From contig DATIPQ010000098.1 in assembly GCA_035471785.1 (NCBI GenBank), positions 41,446 to 105,445 on the forward strand: a stretch of DNA of 64,000 nucleotides, given 5' to 3'. Of the stretch, positions 49,569 to 59,332 are shown one piece after another (within the stretch, counting starts at the first letter, position 1; every line of letters begins with the position of its first letter). The stretch is from Acidobacteriota bacterium. Lineage in GTDB: Bacteria; Acidobacteriota; UBA6911; RPQK01; DATIPO01. The notes beneath the pieces are model-generated. The model had not been told where the DNA came from. It was given only the letters and a program-made list of their open reading frames with translations, and did no database searches. The position numbers and the translations under genes are program-made.

Positions 49569-50011
49569 TGCTGGACGAGCTTTACCAAGAGGTCATCCTC
49601 GACCACAACAAGAGCCCCCGCAACTTCGGAGAGCTGGAAGGCGCCAGCCATCGGGCTGAGGGCCACAATCCGCTTTGCGGCGACAAGGTCAAGGTCTACC
49701 TGGAGATCGAAGACGGCGTCATCGCCGACATTCGCTTTCAGGGAGCGGGCTGCGCCATTTCCACCGCCTCGGCTTCTCTGATGACCGAGGCCCTCAAGGG
49801 CAAGACGGTCGAGGACGCCCGACAGCTATTCGGCCGCTTCCACGAGGTCGTTACGGGCAAGAGGGAAGCCGATCCCGACACCATCGGCAAACTGGCGGTC
49901 TTCCAAGGGGTGCAGAAGTATCCCGTGCGCGTCAAGTGCGCCAGCTTGGCCTGGCACACGTTGCAGGCCGCCTTGCAGGAGAAAAGCCAACCGGTCACTA
50001 CTGAATCCTGA
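49568..50011 (+). CDS. sufU: Sulfur transfer scaffold SufU (IscU/NifU-like)
   Basis: ATG overlaps the sufS stop (TGATG). NPLCGD...GAGCAIS...VRVKCASLAW. Confidence 0.85.
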   Translation: MLDELYQEVILDHNKSPRNFGELEGASHRAEGHNPLCGDKVKVYLEIEDGVIADIRFQGAGCAISTASASLMTEALKGKTVEDARQLFGRFHEVVTGKREADPDTIGKLAVFQGVQKYPVRVKCASLAWHTLQAALQEKSQPVTTES

Positions 50012-50022
50012 GCCGTCCAATA

Positions 50023-50418
50023 GTGTACCGATCCAAAACTCAGAGGATGGGCGAGATGTCTGAAGAAGAAACCACTCAAGAAGAAGCGATAGCGGAGATC
50101 CGCAGCGAGCATCCCGGCGACCTCGACAAGAAGGTGGTCGAGGCCTTGCGGGAGATCTACGATCCCGAGATTCCGGTCAACATCTACGACATCGGACTCA
50201 TTTACAACATCGACATCAGCAAAGACGCCAAGGTCGACATCAAGATGACCCTGACGTCGCCCATGTGTCCGGTGGCCGACAGCCTCCCTCCCGAGGTGGA
50301 AAACCGCGTGGCCGAAGTGGAGGGCGTCGAAGAGTCGAAAGTCGAAGTGATATGGGATCCGCCCTGGACCATGGAAAAGATGAACGAGGCCGCCAAACTG
50401 CAACTGGGACTGATCTGA
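50023..50418 (+). CDS. sufT: SufT/DUF59 (MIP18-family) Fe-S assembly protein
   Basis: IYDIGLIY...LTSPMCP motif. The start may be an internal ATG. Confidence 0.75.
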   Translation: MYRSKTQRMGEMSEEETTQEEAIAEIRSEHPGDLDKKVVEALREIYDPEIPVNIYDIGLIYNIDISKDAKVDIKMTLTSPMCPVADSLPPEVENRVAEVEGVEESKVEVIWDPPWTMEKMNEAAKLQLGLI

Positions 50419-50483
50419 GGAACCGGCGGAACGCCTCGATTCAGGGCCGAGCCGTCCCGCCCTTCTGATAAACTGACCTCTCA

Positions 50484-52310
50484 ATGTGTGGAATCATTTG
50501 CTACATGGGCAAGCGTCCGGCAGTGCCCATACTGCTGGACGGACTGAGGCGGCTTGAGTATCGGGGCTACGACTCGGCCGGAATCGCCGTCTTCAACAAC
50601 GGCTCTATCGACCGCGTGCGGGCCCTGGGCAAAATCCGCGAGCTGGAAGACAAACTCGACGATCACCGCTGCAAGAGTTGGGGCGGCATCGCCCATACCC
50701 GCTGGGCCACTCACGGCGCGCCTTCGGAAATCAACGCCCATCCTCACTGCGACAATTCCGGCCGCATTTTCTTGATCCACAACGGGATCATCGAGAACTA
50801 TCAGCAGATCAAGGAACGCCTCCTCGACAAGGGCTATCATTTCGAATCGGAAACCGACACCGAGGTCCTCACTCAACTGATCGCCGACTGCTACAAGGGC
50901 GACCTGGGCGAAGCCGTCACCCAAGCCTTGCGCCAGGTGAGAGGCGCCTTCGGCATAGCCGTCATCTCGCGCCAAGAGCCGGGCAAGATGGTGGTCGCCC
51001 GCCGCGGCAGTCCCCTCATCATCGGTCTGCGCGAGGGGGAGATCTTCGCCGCCTCCGACGTGGCCGCACTGGTCAACCACACCAAGAAAGTCGTCTACCT
51101 GGAAGACAACGACATCGCTGTCCTCACTCCCGATCAGCACGACATCTTCAACCTCGACGACGCCGACATCAGGCGCATGCCTGAAACCGTCGATTGGGAT
51201 GTCGATGCCGCCGAAAAACAGGGCTTCCCTCACTTCATGCTGAAGGAGATCTTCGAGCAGCCTCAGGCGGTACAGAACGCCATGCGCGGACGGCTGATCG
51301 AAGACGAGGGAACGGTCAAGCTGGGCGGCCTGGAACCGGTACTGAAGCGATTCCTCAACATGGACCGGCTGATCATCGTTTCCTGCGGCACGTCCTTCTA
51401 TGCCGGGCTGATCGGGCGCTACATCGTCGAGCACATGACTGAGATCGGAGTCGACGTCGACCTGGCCTCGGAGTTCCGCTACCGGCGGCTCAACCTGAAG
51501 CCGGGAACAGTCGTGCTGGCCATCAGCCAGTCGGGCGAGACGGCCGACACCCTGGCCGCCGTGCGGGAGGCCAAGCGCAAAGGCGTGCTGGTGTTGGGAC
51601 TGGTCAACGTCGTGGGAAGCAACATCGCGCGTGAAACGGCGGCCGGCGTCTACAATCACGCCGGCCCCGAAATCGGGGTGGCCTCCACCAAGGCTTTCAC
51701 CTCGCAGGTGGCCGTGCTTTATCTGCTCTGCCTGATGCTGGGCCGGCGACACCGCATGTCGCTGACCGAAGGCAAGCAGTTCATCGAGACCTTCCGCACC
51801 GTCCCCGAGAAGATGGACCGCATCCTCCATCAGGCCGACCGCATCGAATCATTAGCCCAGAAGTACAGTCGTTATTCCAATTACCTTTTCCTGGGCCGGC
51901 AACTCAACTACCCGGTGGCACTGGAAGGCGCCCTCAAGCTGAAGGAGATTTCCTACCGCCACGCTGAAGGCTATGCCGCCGGCGAAATGAAGCATGGCCC
52001 CATCGCCCTGATCGACCAGGACTTCCCCACCATCTGCATCGCCCCGCGAGACAGTTCCTACGAGAAGATGATCTCCAACATGCAGGAGATCAAGGCCCGC
52101 GGCGGGCCGATTCTGGGAATCGTCACCGAAGGCGACAGGCAGATGCGCGAACTCTGTGACGATGTCATCGAGGTGCCCCAGATCGACGATCTCTTCACGC
52201 CTTTTATGACCACCATTCCGCTCCAATTGCTGGCCTACTATATCGCCCGCGAAAACGGCTGCGAGATTGATCAGCCCCGCAACTTGGCCAAGTCCGTAAC
52301 CGTCGAATAG
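50484..52310 (+). CDS. glmS: Glutamine--fructose-6-phosphate aminotransferase
   Basis: [10 protein letters not shown]-terminal nucleophile. Two SIS domains. Confidence 0.9.
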   Translation: MCGIICYMGKRPAVPILLDGLRRLEYRGYDSAGIAVFNNGSIDRVRALGKIRELEDKLDDHRCKSWGGIAHTRWATHGAPSEINAHPHCDNSGRIFLIHNGIIENYQQIKERLLDKGYHFESETDTEVLTQLIADCYKGDLGEAVTQALRQVRGAFGIAVISRQEPGKMVVARRGSPLIIGLREGEIFAASDVAALVNHTKKVVYLEDNDIAVLTPDQHDIFNLDDADIRRMPETVDWDVDAAEKQGFPHFMLKEIFEQPQAVQNAMRGRLIEDEGTVKLGGLEPVLKRFLNMDRLIIVSCGTSFYAGLIGRYIVEHMTEIGVDVDLASEFRYRRLNLKPGTVVLAISQSGETADTLAAVREAKRKGVLVLGLVNVVGSNIARETAAGVYNHAGPEIGVASTKAFTSQVAVLYLLCLMLGRRHRMSLTEGKQFIETFRTVPEKMDRILHQADRIESLAQKYSRYSNYLFLGRQLNYPVALEGALKLKEISYRHAEGYAAGEMKHGPIALIDQDFPTICIAPRDSSYEKMISNMQEIKARGGPILGIVTEGDRQMRELCDDVIEVPQIDDLFTPFMTTIPLQLLAYYIARENGCEIDQPRNLAKSVTVE

Positions 52311-52330
52311 CGGTTCTCAAGCGAAAGCCC

Positions 52331-55300
52331 ATGATTCATCGCGAAATACAATCCCTGCTGCACGAGCGCATCCTGCTGTTGGACGGCGCCATGGGCACCG
52401 CCATCCAGGACCAGAAGCTGGCCGAAGAGGACTATCGGGGATCCCGCTTCAAGGATCACCCTTGCGATCTGAAGGGCAACAACGATCTGCTCTGTCTCAC
52501 CCAGCCGCAACTGATCGAAACCATCCACAGGCGCTATTTGGAGGCGGGCGCCGACTTCATCGAGACCAACACCTTCTGCGCTTCGGCCGTCTCTCTGGCC
52601 GATTACCAAACGGGAGATCTGACCTACGAGATCAATCTGCAGGGGGCCCGCCTGGCCCGCCAGGCCGTGGAGGACTTCTGCCGCAGCCAAGGCACGGGTC
52701 CGCGCTGGGTGGCGGGAGCCATCGGCCCCACCAACCGCACCCTCTCCATCTCGCCTGACGTCAACGACCCCGGATACCGGGCCGTGACCTACCGCCAGAT
52801 GCAGGACTCCTACTTGCAGCAGGTTCTGGGGCTGCTGGAAGGCGGAGTCGATGTGCTGCTCATCGAGACCGTCTTCGACGCCCTCAACTGCAAAGCGGTG
52901 CTTTCAGCCATCGCTCAAGCGGCCCAGGAGACCGGCCGCCGGACGCCCGTCATGGTTTCAGGCACCGTGGTCGACAACAGCGGACGCACGCTCTCGGGAC
53001 AAACGCCTGAGGCCTTCTGGATTTCGCTGCGCCACGCCCCCCGGCTGCTGGCGGTAGGACTCAACTGCGCCCTGGGATCGGAGCAGATGCGTCCCTACAT
53101 TGAAGAGATCTCCCAGGTGGCCGACACCTACACCAGCCTTTATCCCAACGCGGGACTTCCCAACCAGTTCGGCGAGTACGACGAGAGTCCGGAGTTCATG
53201 GCCCGCCATCTGCGCGACTATGCTGAGAGCGGCTTCGTCAACATGGTGGGAGGCTGTTGCGGCACCACTCCTGAGCATATCCGGGCCTTCGCCGAGGCCG
53301 TGCGCGGCCTTCCTCCGCGCCAGGTGCCCAAGATGGAGCCATTGTTGCGGCTGAGCGGATTGGAACCGCTGGTGGTCCGCCCCGACTCCAACCTGGTCAA
53401 CGTAGGCGAGCGCACCAATGTGGCGGGATCGCCCAAGTTCAAGCGCCTCATCATGGAGGGCGAATTCGAAGAGGCCCTCTCGGTGGCGCGTGAGCAGGTG
53501 GAAAGCGGGGCCCAGATCATCGACGTCAACATGGACGAGGGGATGCTCGATTCCGAGGAGGCCATGCGCAAGTTCTTGCTGCTGCTCTCGGCCGAGCCGG
53601 ACATCGCGCGGGTGCCGGTCATGATCGATTCCTCCCGCTGGACGGTGCTGGAAGCCGGGCTGCAATGCCTGCAAGGCAAGAGCGTGGTCAATTCCATCAG
53701 CCTCAAGGACGGCGAAGACTCCTTTCGCAAGCAGGCCAGCAAAGCCCTCGAATATGGAGCCGCCGTCGTGGTCATGGCTTTTGACGAGAAAGGTCAGGCC
53801 GACAACTTCGAGAGGCGCATCGAAGTCTGCGCACGTGCCTACAAGATCCTGGTGGAAGAGGTGGGATTCCCGCCTCAGGACATTATTCTCGACCCCAACA
53901 TCCTGACCGTGGCCACCGGAATCGCCGAGCACGACAACTATGCCGTCGACTTCTTGCGTGCCACCCGCTGGATCAAGGAGAACCTGCCCTGGGCCAAGGT
54001 CAGCGGCGGAGTCAGCAACATCTCTTTCTCATTCCGCGGCAACAATGTCGTGCGCAGGGCCATGCATTCGGCTTTCCTCTACCATGCCGTGCAATCGGGC
54101 CTCGATATGGCCATCGTCAATCCGGCTCATCTGGACGTCTACCAGGACATCGATCCCGATCTGCTGGAGAAAGTGGAGGACGTGCTGCTCAATCGCCGTC
54201 CCGACGCCACCGAGCGGCTGATCGAATTCGCCGGCACCGTGCAGGAAGGCGAAATTGAAGAAAAGGCCGAGCAGGACTGGCGGGGCCGGCCGGTGGAAGA
54301 GCGGCTCAAGCACGCCCTCGTCAAGGGCGTCGCCGACCACGTGGAAGACGACGTCGAGGAAGCCCGCCGCAGATACCCTTCTCCCCTGGCCGTCATCGAG
54401 GGTCCGCTGATGGATGGGATGAACGTGGTGGGAGACCTTTTCGGCGAAGGCAAAATGTTCCTGCCCCAGGTGGTCAAGAGCGCCCGCGTCATGAAGAAAG
54501 CCGTTGCCTACCTGATTCCCTTCATCGAAGAAGAGCGGCAGGCTTCCGGGGGGAGCAACAGCAAGGGCAAGGTGTTGGTGGCCACGGTGAAGGGAGACGT
54601 CCACGACATCGGCAAGAACATCGTGGCCGTGGTCTTGCGCTGCAACAATTTCGAGGTGATCGACCTGGGGGTCATGGTCCCCAGCGAGAAGATCCTGGCC
54701 AAGGCCCGCGAGATCGGTGCCGACATCATCGGACTGAGCGGGCTCATTACGCCCTCGCTGGACGAGATGGTGCACGTGGCCAAAGAGATGGAGCGGCAGG
54801 ACTTCGAATTGCCCCTGCTCATCGGAGGCGCCACCACATCGCGCGTCCACACCGCCGTCAAGATCGAACAACGGTATCCCAAGGCTCCCGTCGTGCATGT
54901 GCTGGACGCATCGCGCAGCGTCGACGTGGTGCGCCGGCTCATCGATCCCCAATTGCGCGGAACTCTCTGGGAGGAGGTGCGGCAAGACTATGCCCGACTA
55001 CGCGAGCGCTACGCTCAGCGGGGACACTCGACCCGCCTGCTGACTCTGGAAGAGGCGCGCGGCAACCGTCATCAAGTCGACTGGGACCGCGCTCTGCCCG
55101 CACCCCGAGACAGCGGGCTTCAGGTCTTGCGCGACTTCCCGCTGAGCGAACTGCGTAACTATATCGACTGGACTCCCTTCTTCTTGACCTGGGAGCTGAC
55201 TGGAAAGTACCCCGATATTCTCGATCACCCCTCGATGGGAGGCGAAGCGCGCAAGCTGCTGGAGGACGCCCAGTCCATGCTGGACAGGCTGCAAGAAGGG

Positions 55301-56041
55301 AAACTGATCCGCGCCCACGGCGCTTTTCGGCTCTTCCCCGCCGCCCGCGTGGAGGACGACATCGAGGTTTACGCCGATCAAGAGCGCGAGGAGGTGCTGG
55401 CCGTTCTCCATACACTGCGCCAGCAGACCCAGAAAACGGGCGGCCATCCCAATCGGGCTCTGGCCGATTATGTGGCCAGCCGCGAGAGCGGACTGCACGA
55501 CCACCTGGGGCTGTTCGCCGTCACTGCAGGAGATGGCGTGGCCGAGCTGGCCCGCCGGTTCGAGGAAGAGCACGACGATTACAACGCCATTCTGCTCAAG
55601 GCCCTGGCCGACCGTCTGGCCGAAGCTTTCGCCGAGTATCTGCACCAGAAGGTGCGGCGCGAGGCCTGGGGATACGCCGCCCAGGAAGAGCTGGACATTC
55701 AAGCCCTCATCGCCGAAAAGTATCAAGGCATCCGTCCAGCTCCGGGATATCCGGCCCAACCCGATCACACCGAGAAACGCACCCTCTTCCAGTTGCTCGA
55801 CGTTGAGGACAAATTGGGAATCGTGCTGACCGAGAGTTGCGCCATGATGCCGGCGGCCTCGGTGTGCGGCATCTATTTCTCCCATCCCGATTCGGCCTAC
55901 TTCAACTTGGGCAAGATCGGGCGCGACCAGGTCGTCGACTACGCGCGCCGCAAGGGCATGCCGCTGGAAGAAACCGAGCGCTGGCTGGCTCCCGTGCTGG
56001 CCTACGACCCCGACCGTATGGAGGCGGCGGCTCCAGCCTAG
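52331..56041 (+). CDS. metH: Cobalamin-dependent methionine synthase
   Basis: 1236 aa with Hcy-binding, pterin-binding, B12-binding ([11 protein letters not shown]) and AdoMet-activation domains. Confidence 0.9.
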   Translation: MIHREIQSLLHERILLLDGAMGTAIQDQKLAEEDYRGSRFKDHPCDLKGNNDLLCLTQPQLIETIHRRYLEAGADFIETNTFCASAVSLADYQTGDLTYEINLQGARLARQAVEDFCRSQGTGPRWVAGAIGPTNRTLSISPDVNDPGYRAVTYRQMQDSYLQQVLGLLEGGVDVLLIETVFDALNCKAVLSAIAQAAQETGRRTPVMVSGTVVDNSGRTLSGQTPEAFWISLRHAPRLLAVGLNCALGSEQMRPYIEEISQVADTYTSLYPNAGLPNQFGEYDESPEFMARHLRDYAESGFVNMVGGCCGTTPEHIRAFAEAVRGLPPRQVPKMEPLLRLSGLEPLVVRPDSNLVNVGERTNVAGSPKFKRLIMEGEFEEALSVAREQVESGAQIIDVNMDEGMLDSEEAMRKFLLLLSAEPDIARVPVMIDSSRWTVLEAGLQCLQGKSVVNSISLKDGEDSFRKQASKALEYGAAVVVMAFDEKGQADNFERRIEVCARAYKILVEEVGFPPQDIILDPNILTVATGIAEHDNYAVDFLRATRWIKENLPWAKVSGGVSNISFSFRGNNVVRRAMHSAFLYHAVQSGLDMAIVNPAHLDVYQDIDPDLLEKVEDVLLNRRPDATERLIEFAGTVQEGEIEEKAEQDWRGRPVEERLKHALVKGVADHVEDDVEEARRRYPSPLAVIEGPLMDGMNVVGDLFGEGKMFLPQVVKSARVMKKAVAYLIPFIEEERQASGGSNSKGKVLVATVKGDVHDIGKNIVAVVLRCNNFEVIDLGVMVPSEKILAKAREIGADIIGLSGLITPSLDEMVHVAKEMERQDFELPLLIGGATTSRVHTAVKIEQRYPKAPVVHVLDASRSVDVVRRLIDPQLRGTLWEEVRQDYARLRERYAQRGHSTRLLTLEEARGNRHQVDWDRALPAPRDSGLQVLRDFPLSELRNYIDWTPFFLTWELTGKYPDILDHPSMGGEARKLLEDAQSMLDRLQEGKLIRAHGAFRLFPAARVEDDIEVYADQEREEVLAVLHTLRQQTQKTGGHPNRALADYVASRESGLHDHLGLFAVTAGDGVAELARRFEEEHDDYNAILLKALADRLAEAFAEYLHQKVRREAWGYAAQEELDIQALIAEKYQGIRPAPGYPAQPDHTEKRTLFQLLDVEDKLGIVLTESCAMMPAASVCGIYFSHPDSAYFNLGKIGRDQVVDYARRKGMPLEETERWLAPVLAYDPDRMEAAAPA

Positions 56042-56110
56042 GGGTAGCGAGCGACCTCATACCGTCGAGCGCAATTGAGCATTCACCGCGGTCGCTGAAA
56101 CTTGACCCGT

Positions 56111-56140
56111 GTGTGAACTTGTTGGCCACCTAGTGGCCCT
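56111..56140. repeat. Intergenic repeat copy 1 (GTGTGAACTTGTTGGCCACCTAGTGGCCCT), containing GGCCAC-CTA-GTGGCC palindrome
   Basis: 30/30 nt identical to 62887..62916. Flanking CTTGA...CG is also shared. Confidence 0.5.
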
Positions 56141-56190
56141 TGCCCAACCACCAATTTCCTAGGACCAACTACCAAGAGAGAGATCGAGCC

Positions 56191-56631
56191 TTAACTCGGA
56201 TCCTCGTCTTGGACGCGGAACTGGGAGTGGCCTTCTTTTTTCCACTCGAAGAGACGCCTTAACAGTTGGCCGGCCTGCTCGCTATCGCCTGCTTCCACCG
56301 CCGCCTGGAACTCGTCCAAGGTGCTCAGCATCTTGTCGATGGTCTGGCGGAATTCGGCGACGAAGGCTTCACGTTCCTCCTCGGGCAGGTCGGCTGTTTT
56401 CAGCGGTTTTTCCTTCTGGGCGGCCAAGGCATGAAGGCGGAACTCCTTGATCAACTCCAGCACCGAAGCCTTGTTGGCCGCGTCGCGGGATTGACGACGA
56501 ATCTGGCGCAGAATGTCGTTCATGTTCTCCATTCGCTGCACGATCTCGGGCTTTTCCTCATCTTGAGGAGCGGCCGCAGCAGGAAGGGAAGCGCTTATCA
56601 GCAACGAAAGTGCGAGAAGGATTCTGCTCAT
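56191..56631 (-). CDS. Cytochrome b562-family protein (periplasmic four-helix bundle)
   Basis: Signal peptide. Block similarity to E. coli CybC (MENMNDILRQI vs METLNDNLKVI; ALAAQKEKP vs ALDAQKATP; C-terminal EGHSQFR vs AYHQKYR). Confidence 0.65.
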   Translation of the reverse strand: MSRILLALSLLISASLPAAAAPQDEEKPEIVQRMENMNDILRQIRRQSRDAANKASVLELIKEFRLHALAAQKEKPLKTADLPEEEREAFVAEFRQTIDKMLSTLDEFQAAVEAGDSEQAGQLLRRLFEWKKEGHSQFRVQDEDPS

Positions 56632-56673
56632 CTGTTCGACTCCGTTCAGGGGCTTATTGGGGTGGACGTAAAC

Positions 56674-57975
56674 TCAATTTTCCTCTTCCTCGGGGGGAAG
56701 AAGTTCTTCTCCCGGCGGCCAGGGGATGTTCTCGCGGATCCAACGTCTGATCAACTCGATCTCGCCGGGAGTCAGCGGATCACCCTTGGGCGGCATGGGA
56801 TAGATTTCGTTATAGGGATCCTCTTCGTCGGCCTCGATAAAAGTAACCAGCATGCTGGCGTCGGGGTCTCCGGGCACCACGGCTTTCCGCTCCATGAACT
56901 CGGCGATTTCGCCGCCTGCCAGCATCCGCTCACGCGTATCCATGCGGAATTCGCTCTTCTGCTCGCCGGGCCCGTGACAGTTGAGACAACGCCTCAAAAT
57001 GGGACGCACCTGGTAAAAGAGGGAATAATCGGCATCAGAGTTTCGCGCCGAGGTGAGATCGTCCGTTCGGACCGGCTCCTCGCCCTCGGCCGGGTCTGCG
57101 GCGTCGGTCCGGCCCAGGGGCTTCTCCCGCAAGAACTGGCGGGCGGTGAGGGGACCCAGGGCGCGCAGTTCCAGCACATGATCGGTCAGAGCTTGCAGAT
57201 CTTCTTCGCTCATGTGATCGGCGTAGGCCGGCATGTCGATGGCCTGCCGCTGCTGAAAGTAGCGGCCGGGGCTGAAGCCCAGGAAGCCCTGATCGAGGAA
57301 GGCCTGGGAGGCGCCGTCGCGAATCCACTCCAGCACTTGAGTTCGTTCGCCTGCGCCGGTGAGGGCGTCGAAGTCGTCCCCGAAAAAACCGGGGATGTAA
57401 CCTTTGAGCGAATCGAGGTTGCCGATGCCGCCCTGACCCAACGCTCCATGGCAGGAGTAGCAGGCCATCCGATGGGCTAGAGCCTCCCCTGGCGTCAGCG
57501 GGTAGTCGGAGCCTTGGCGCAGGGCCTGGTCGACTTCATAGCGATATTGTTCAAGGGCCAGATAGGCGATGATGTCGTCGATCTGCTCGACCGAGAGGTG
57601 ATGTTTGTAGGCCGGCATCTTCAGCGCCTCTTGCTGGCGCGAGGCCATGTAGACCTGGGAGTGCTCCTTTTCGTCGGTGATGCCGTCGGCGATCCATTGG
57701 CGCATCTCGGCGATCGACATGCGTTGGCTGAAGAGAGAGGGGATGCTCGAATACTCCTGGGCGGAATCATCCTTGGCCGGATTGAACGCTCCCGAGGAGG
57801 CGGGATTGTGGCAGGACCAGCAGCCGGCCTCCTCCATCAGACGCGCACCCCGCTGGGCCGGCGAGTACTCCGGAAATATCTCGTCCCTGAAGACGATCAC
57901 CAAGACTGTCAGGGTAAGGGCCGCTAAGAGCAGGAGCAACAGGGTCAAGCGGCCCTTTTTGCGTGGACGTCCCAT
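56674..57975 (-). CDS. Tri-haem c-type cytochrome with C-terminal PSCyt-like domain
   Basis: Three CxxCH motifs (CWSCH, CYSCH, CLNCH). N-terminal TM anchor. C-terminal LTPGEIELIRRWI. Confidence 0.8.
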   Translation of the reverse strand: MGRPRKKGRLTLLLLLLAALTLTVLVIVFRDEIFPEYSPAQRGARLMEEAGCWSCHNPASSGAFNPAKDDSAQEYSSIPSLFSQRMSIAEMRQWIADGITDEKEHSQVYMASRQQEALKMPAYKHHLSVEQIDDIIAYLALEQYRYEVDQALRQGSDYPLTPGEALAHRMACYSCHGALGQGGIGNLDSLKGYIPGFFGDDFDALTGAGERTQVLEWIRDGASQAFLDQGFLGFSPGRYFQQRQAIDMPAYADHMSEEDLQALTDHVLELRALGPLTARQFLREKPLGRTDAADPAEGEEPVRTDDLTSARNSDADYSLFYQVRPILRRCLNCHGPGEQKSEFRMDTRERMLAGGEIAEFMERKAVVPGDPDASMLVTFIEADEEDPYNEIYPMPPKGDPLTPGEIELIRRWIRENIPWPPGEELLPPEEEEN

Positions 57976-57979
57976 GCTC

Positions 57980-58165
57980 TCAGCAGTTCATGCAGCGGAT
58001 CTCTTCAAAAATGTCCGACTCCAGGTCGCTTTTCTCGCGGGCGAAGTCGATCAGGCAACGTACCGCCTTCGATTCGTCGATGAGGCCGTGCTCTTCGGTC
58101 ATCTCCCGCAGCCATTCATATTGGTCTTCTTTGAGTTCCACGCTGTATTCGATATTCTCGCTCAT
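57980..58165 (-). CDS. Small hypothetical protein (61 aa, possibly RHH-like, C-terminal CxxC)
   Basis: Strong AAGGAGAA RBS, good GC3 bias, and 4 nt upstream of the cytochrome c start. Confidence 0.45.
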   Translation of the reverse strand: MSENIEYSVELKEDQYEWLREMTEEHGLIDESKAVRCLIDFAREKSDLESDIFEEIRCMNC

Positions 58166-58231
58166 GCTTCTCCTTTGAATTGCAAACGGCCTCATTCTAA
58201 CATCGCTTTTAACCTTGACGGCGGAAGGGCG

Positions 58232-59332
58232 CTAAATGATTGAAGCCGCTTGATTTAGGCGATTCAGCGAGATCAACGGCGGCTGGCCGCTTCGCTGGGC
58301 CTTCTGAAAGCTCTCACGGTCGCTCAGGCCGCGCCAGCCTTCGGCGATGAGGACTTGGGCCAAGGCTCCGCCCAGCGATTCTCCCGGGCCCAGCAGCACG
58401 AAATGGTCGGGATTGTATTCCAGGGCCGCCACCCGCACGGCGGCGCTGAAATCGAAGGGGCGAAGCACTTGTTCCTCCAGGGTGTAGAGGGAGAGGGCCT
58501 CGGCCAAGGTCTGCATAGGCTTCCACTGAGCGCCCCGCCCGTCGATGGCGGGGGTGTGGGGCTGATGCCACTCCAGGTCGTTGAGTTTTCGCCGGGCGAA
58601 GCGGGAGAGAGGCTCCATCAGGGGGGTGTGGAAGGCGCTGTGGTAGGCGAGCTGAAGGGGGAATTGGCGGCCGTTGCGGGTGACCGGGGGCAGCTTTTCA
58701 CTCATGGCCTCCAGTCCTGACGGAGTGCCGCCCAGGACCGCATAGCCTCCCAGGCGGATCGACAATCCGGCCCAACAGGCGCTCTCGGACGGCGGCTCTC
58801 CTTGAGCCGCGAGGGCCTGCGCGTCGTCGTCGCTGACCGAGCGGGCCAACTCCAACACCTTCTCCAGGCTCCCGCGCCGGGGGCGCCAGTCGTGGTCTTC
58901 CACCAGCGGATAGATGATTTGTCCGCCACGGACGTTGCCGCGCTGCTGCAAGCCCATTTCATTGACCAGTCGAAAGGCCTCGGCGAAACCGAGGGCGCCG
59001 CAGAGATAGAGGGCGCTGTACCATCCCATCGAGTTGCCCACCACGGCCACCACTTCGTGATCGGGATTGAGGAGGGCGGCATCGGCGGCCGTGCAGGTGA
59101 AGATGAGCGCCGATGCGTTCTCGCCGGGCAGGTGAAGGGCGGAGCTGAAGCGTTGGGCGGCGTCCAGTTCGCTGACGGTGGGCTGGCTTCGCCGACGGCG
59201 CATTTCGTCGGCCTCTCCCACCAGCCGCTCTCGCTCTGAAAAGCGCGGATGTTCCTGAAAACGGCTCAGGTAGCCCAACTCGCTCTTGCCGTAGGTCCCC
59301 CGTCCGGGGGCCACCAGCACGATCCTAGCCAC
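58232..59332 (-). CDS. FabD-like acyltransferase (malonyl-CoA:ACP transacylase superfamily)
   Basis: GTG start. VAPGRGTYG oxyanion-region analogue and GNSMGWYSAL (cf. FabD GHSLGEYSAL). Confidence 0.6.
   Translation of the reverse strand: MARIVLVAPGRGTYGKSELGYLSRFQEHPRFSERERLVGEADEMRRRRSQPTVSELDAAQRFSSALHLPGENASALIFTCTAADAALLNPDHEVVAVVGNSMGWYSALYLCGALGFAEAFRLVNEMGLQQRGNVRGGQIIYPLVEDHDWRPRRGSLEKVLELARSVSDDDAQALAAQGEPPSESACWAGLSIRLGGYAVLGGTPSGLEAMSEKLPPVTRNGRQFPLQLAYHSAFHTPLMEPLSRFARRKLNDLEWHQPHTPAIDGRGAQWKPMQTLAEALSLYTLEEQVLRPFDFSAAVRVAALEYNPDHFVLLGPGESLGGALAQVLIAEGWRGLSDRESFQKAQRSGQPPLISLNRLNQAASII

Noticed and set aside
56111-56140. Repeat element as a Rho-independent terminator
   Set aside because: The stem is only 6 bp with a 3-nt loop and lacks a following U-tract in both copies. 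One copy is upstream of a gene rather than downstream.
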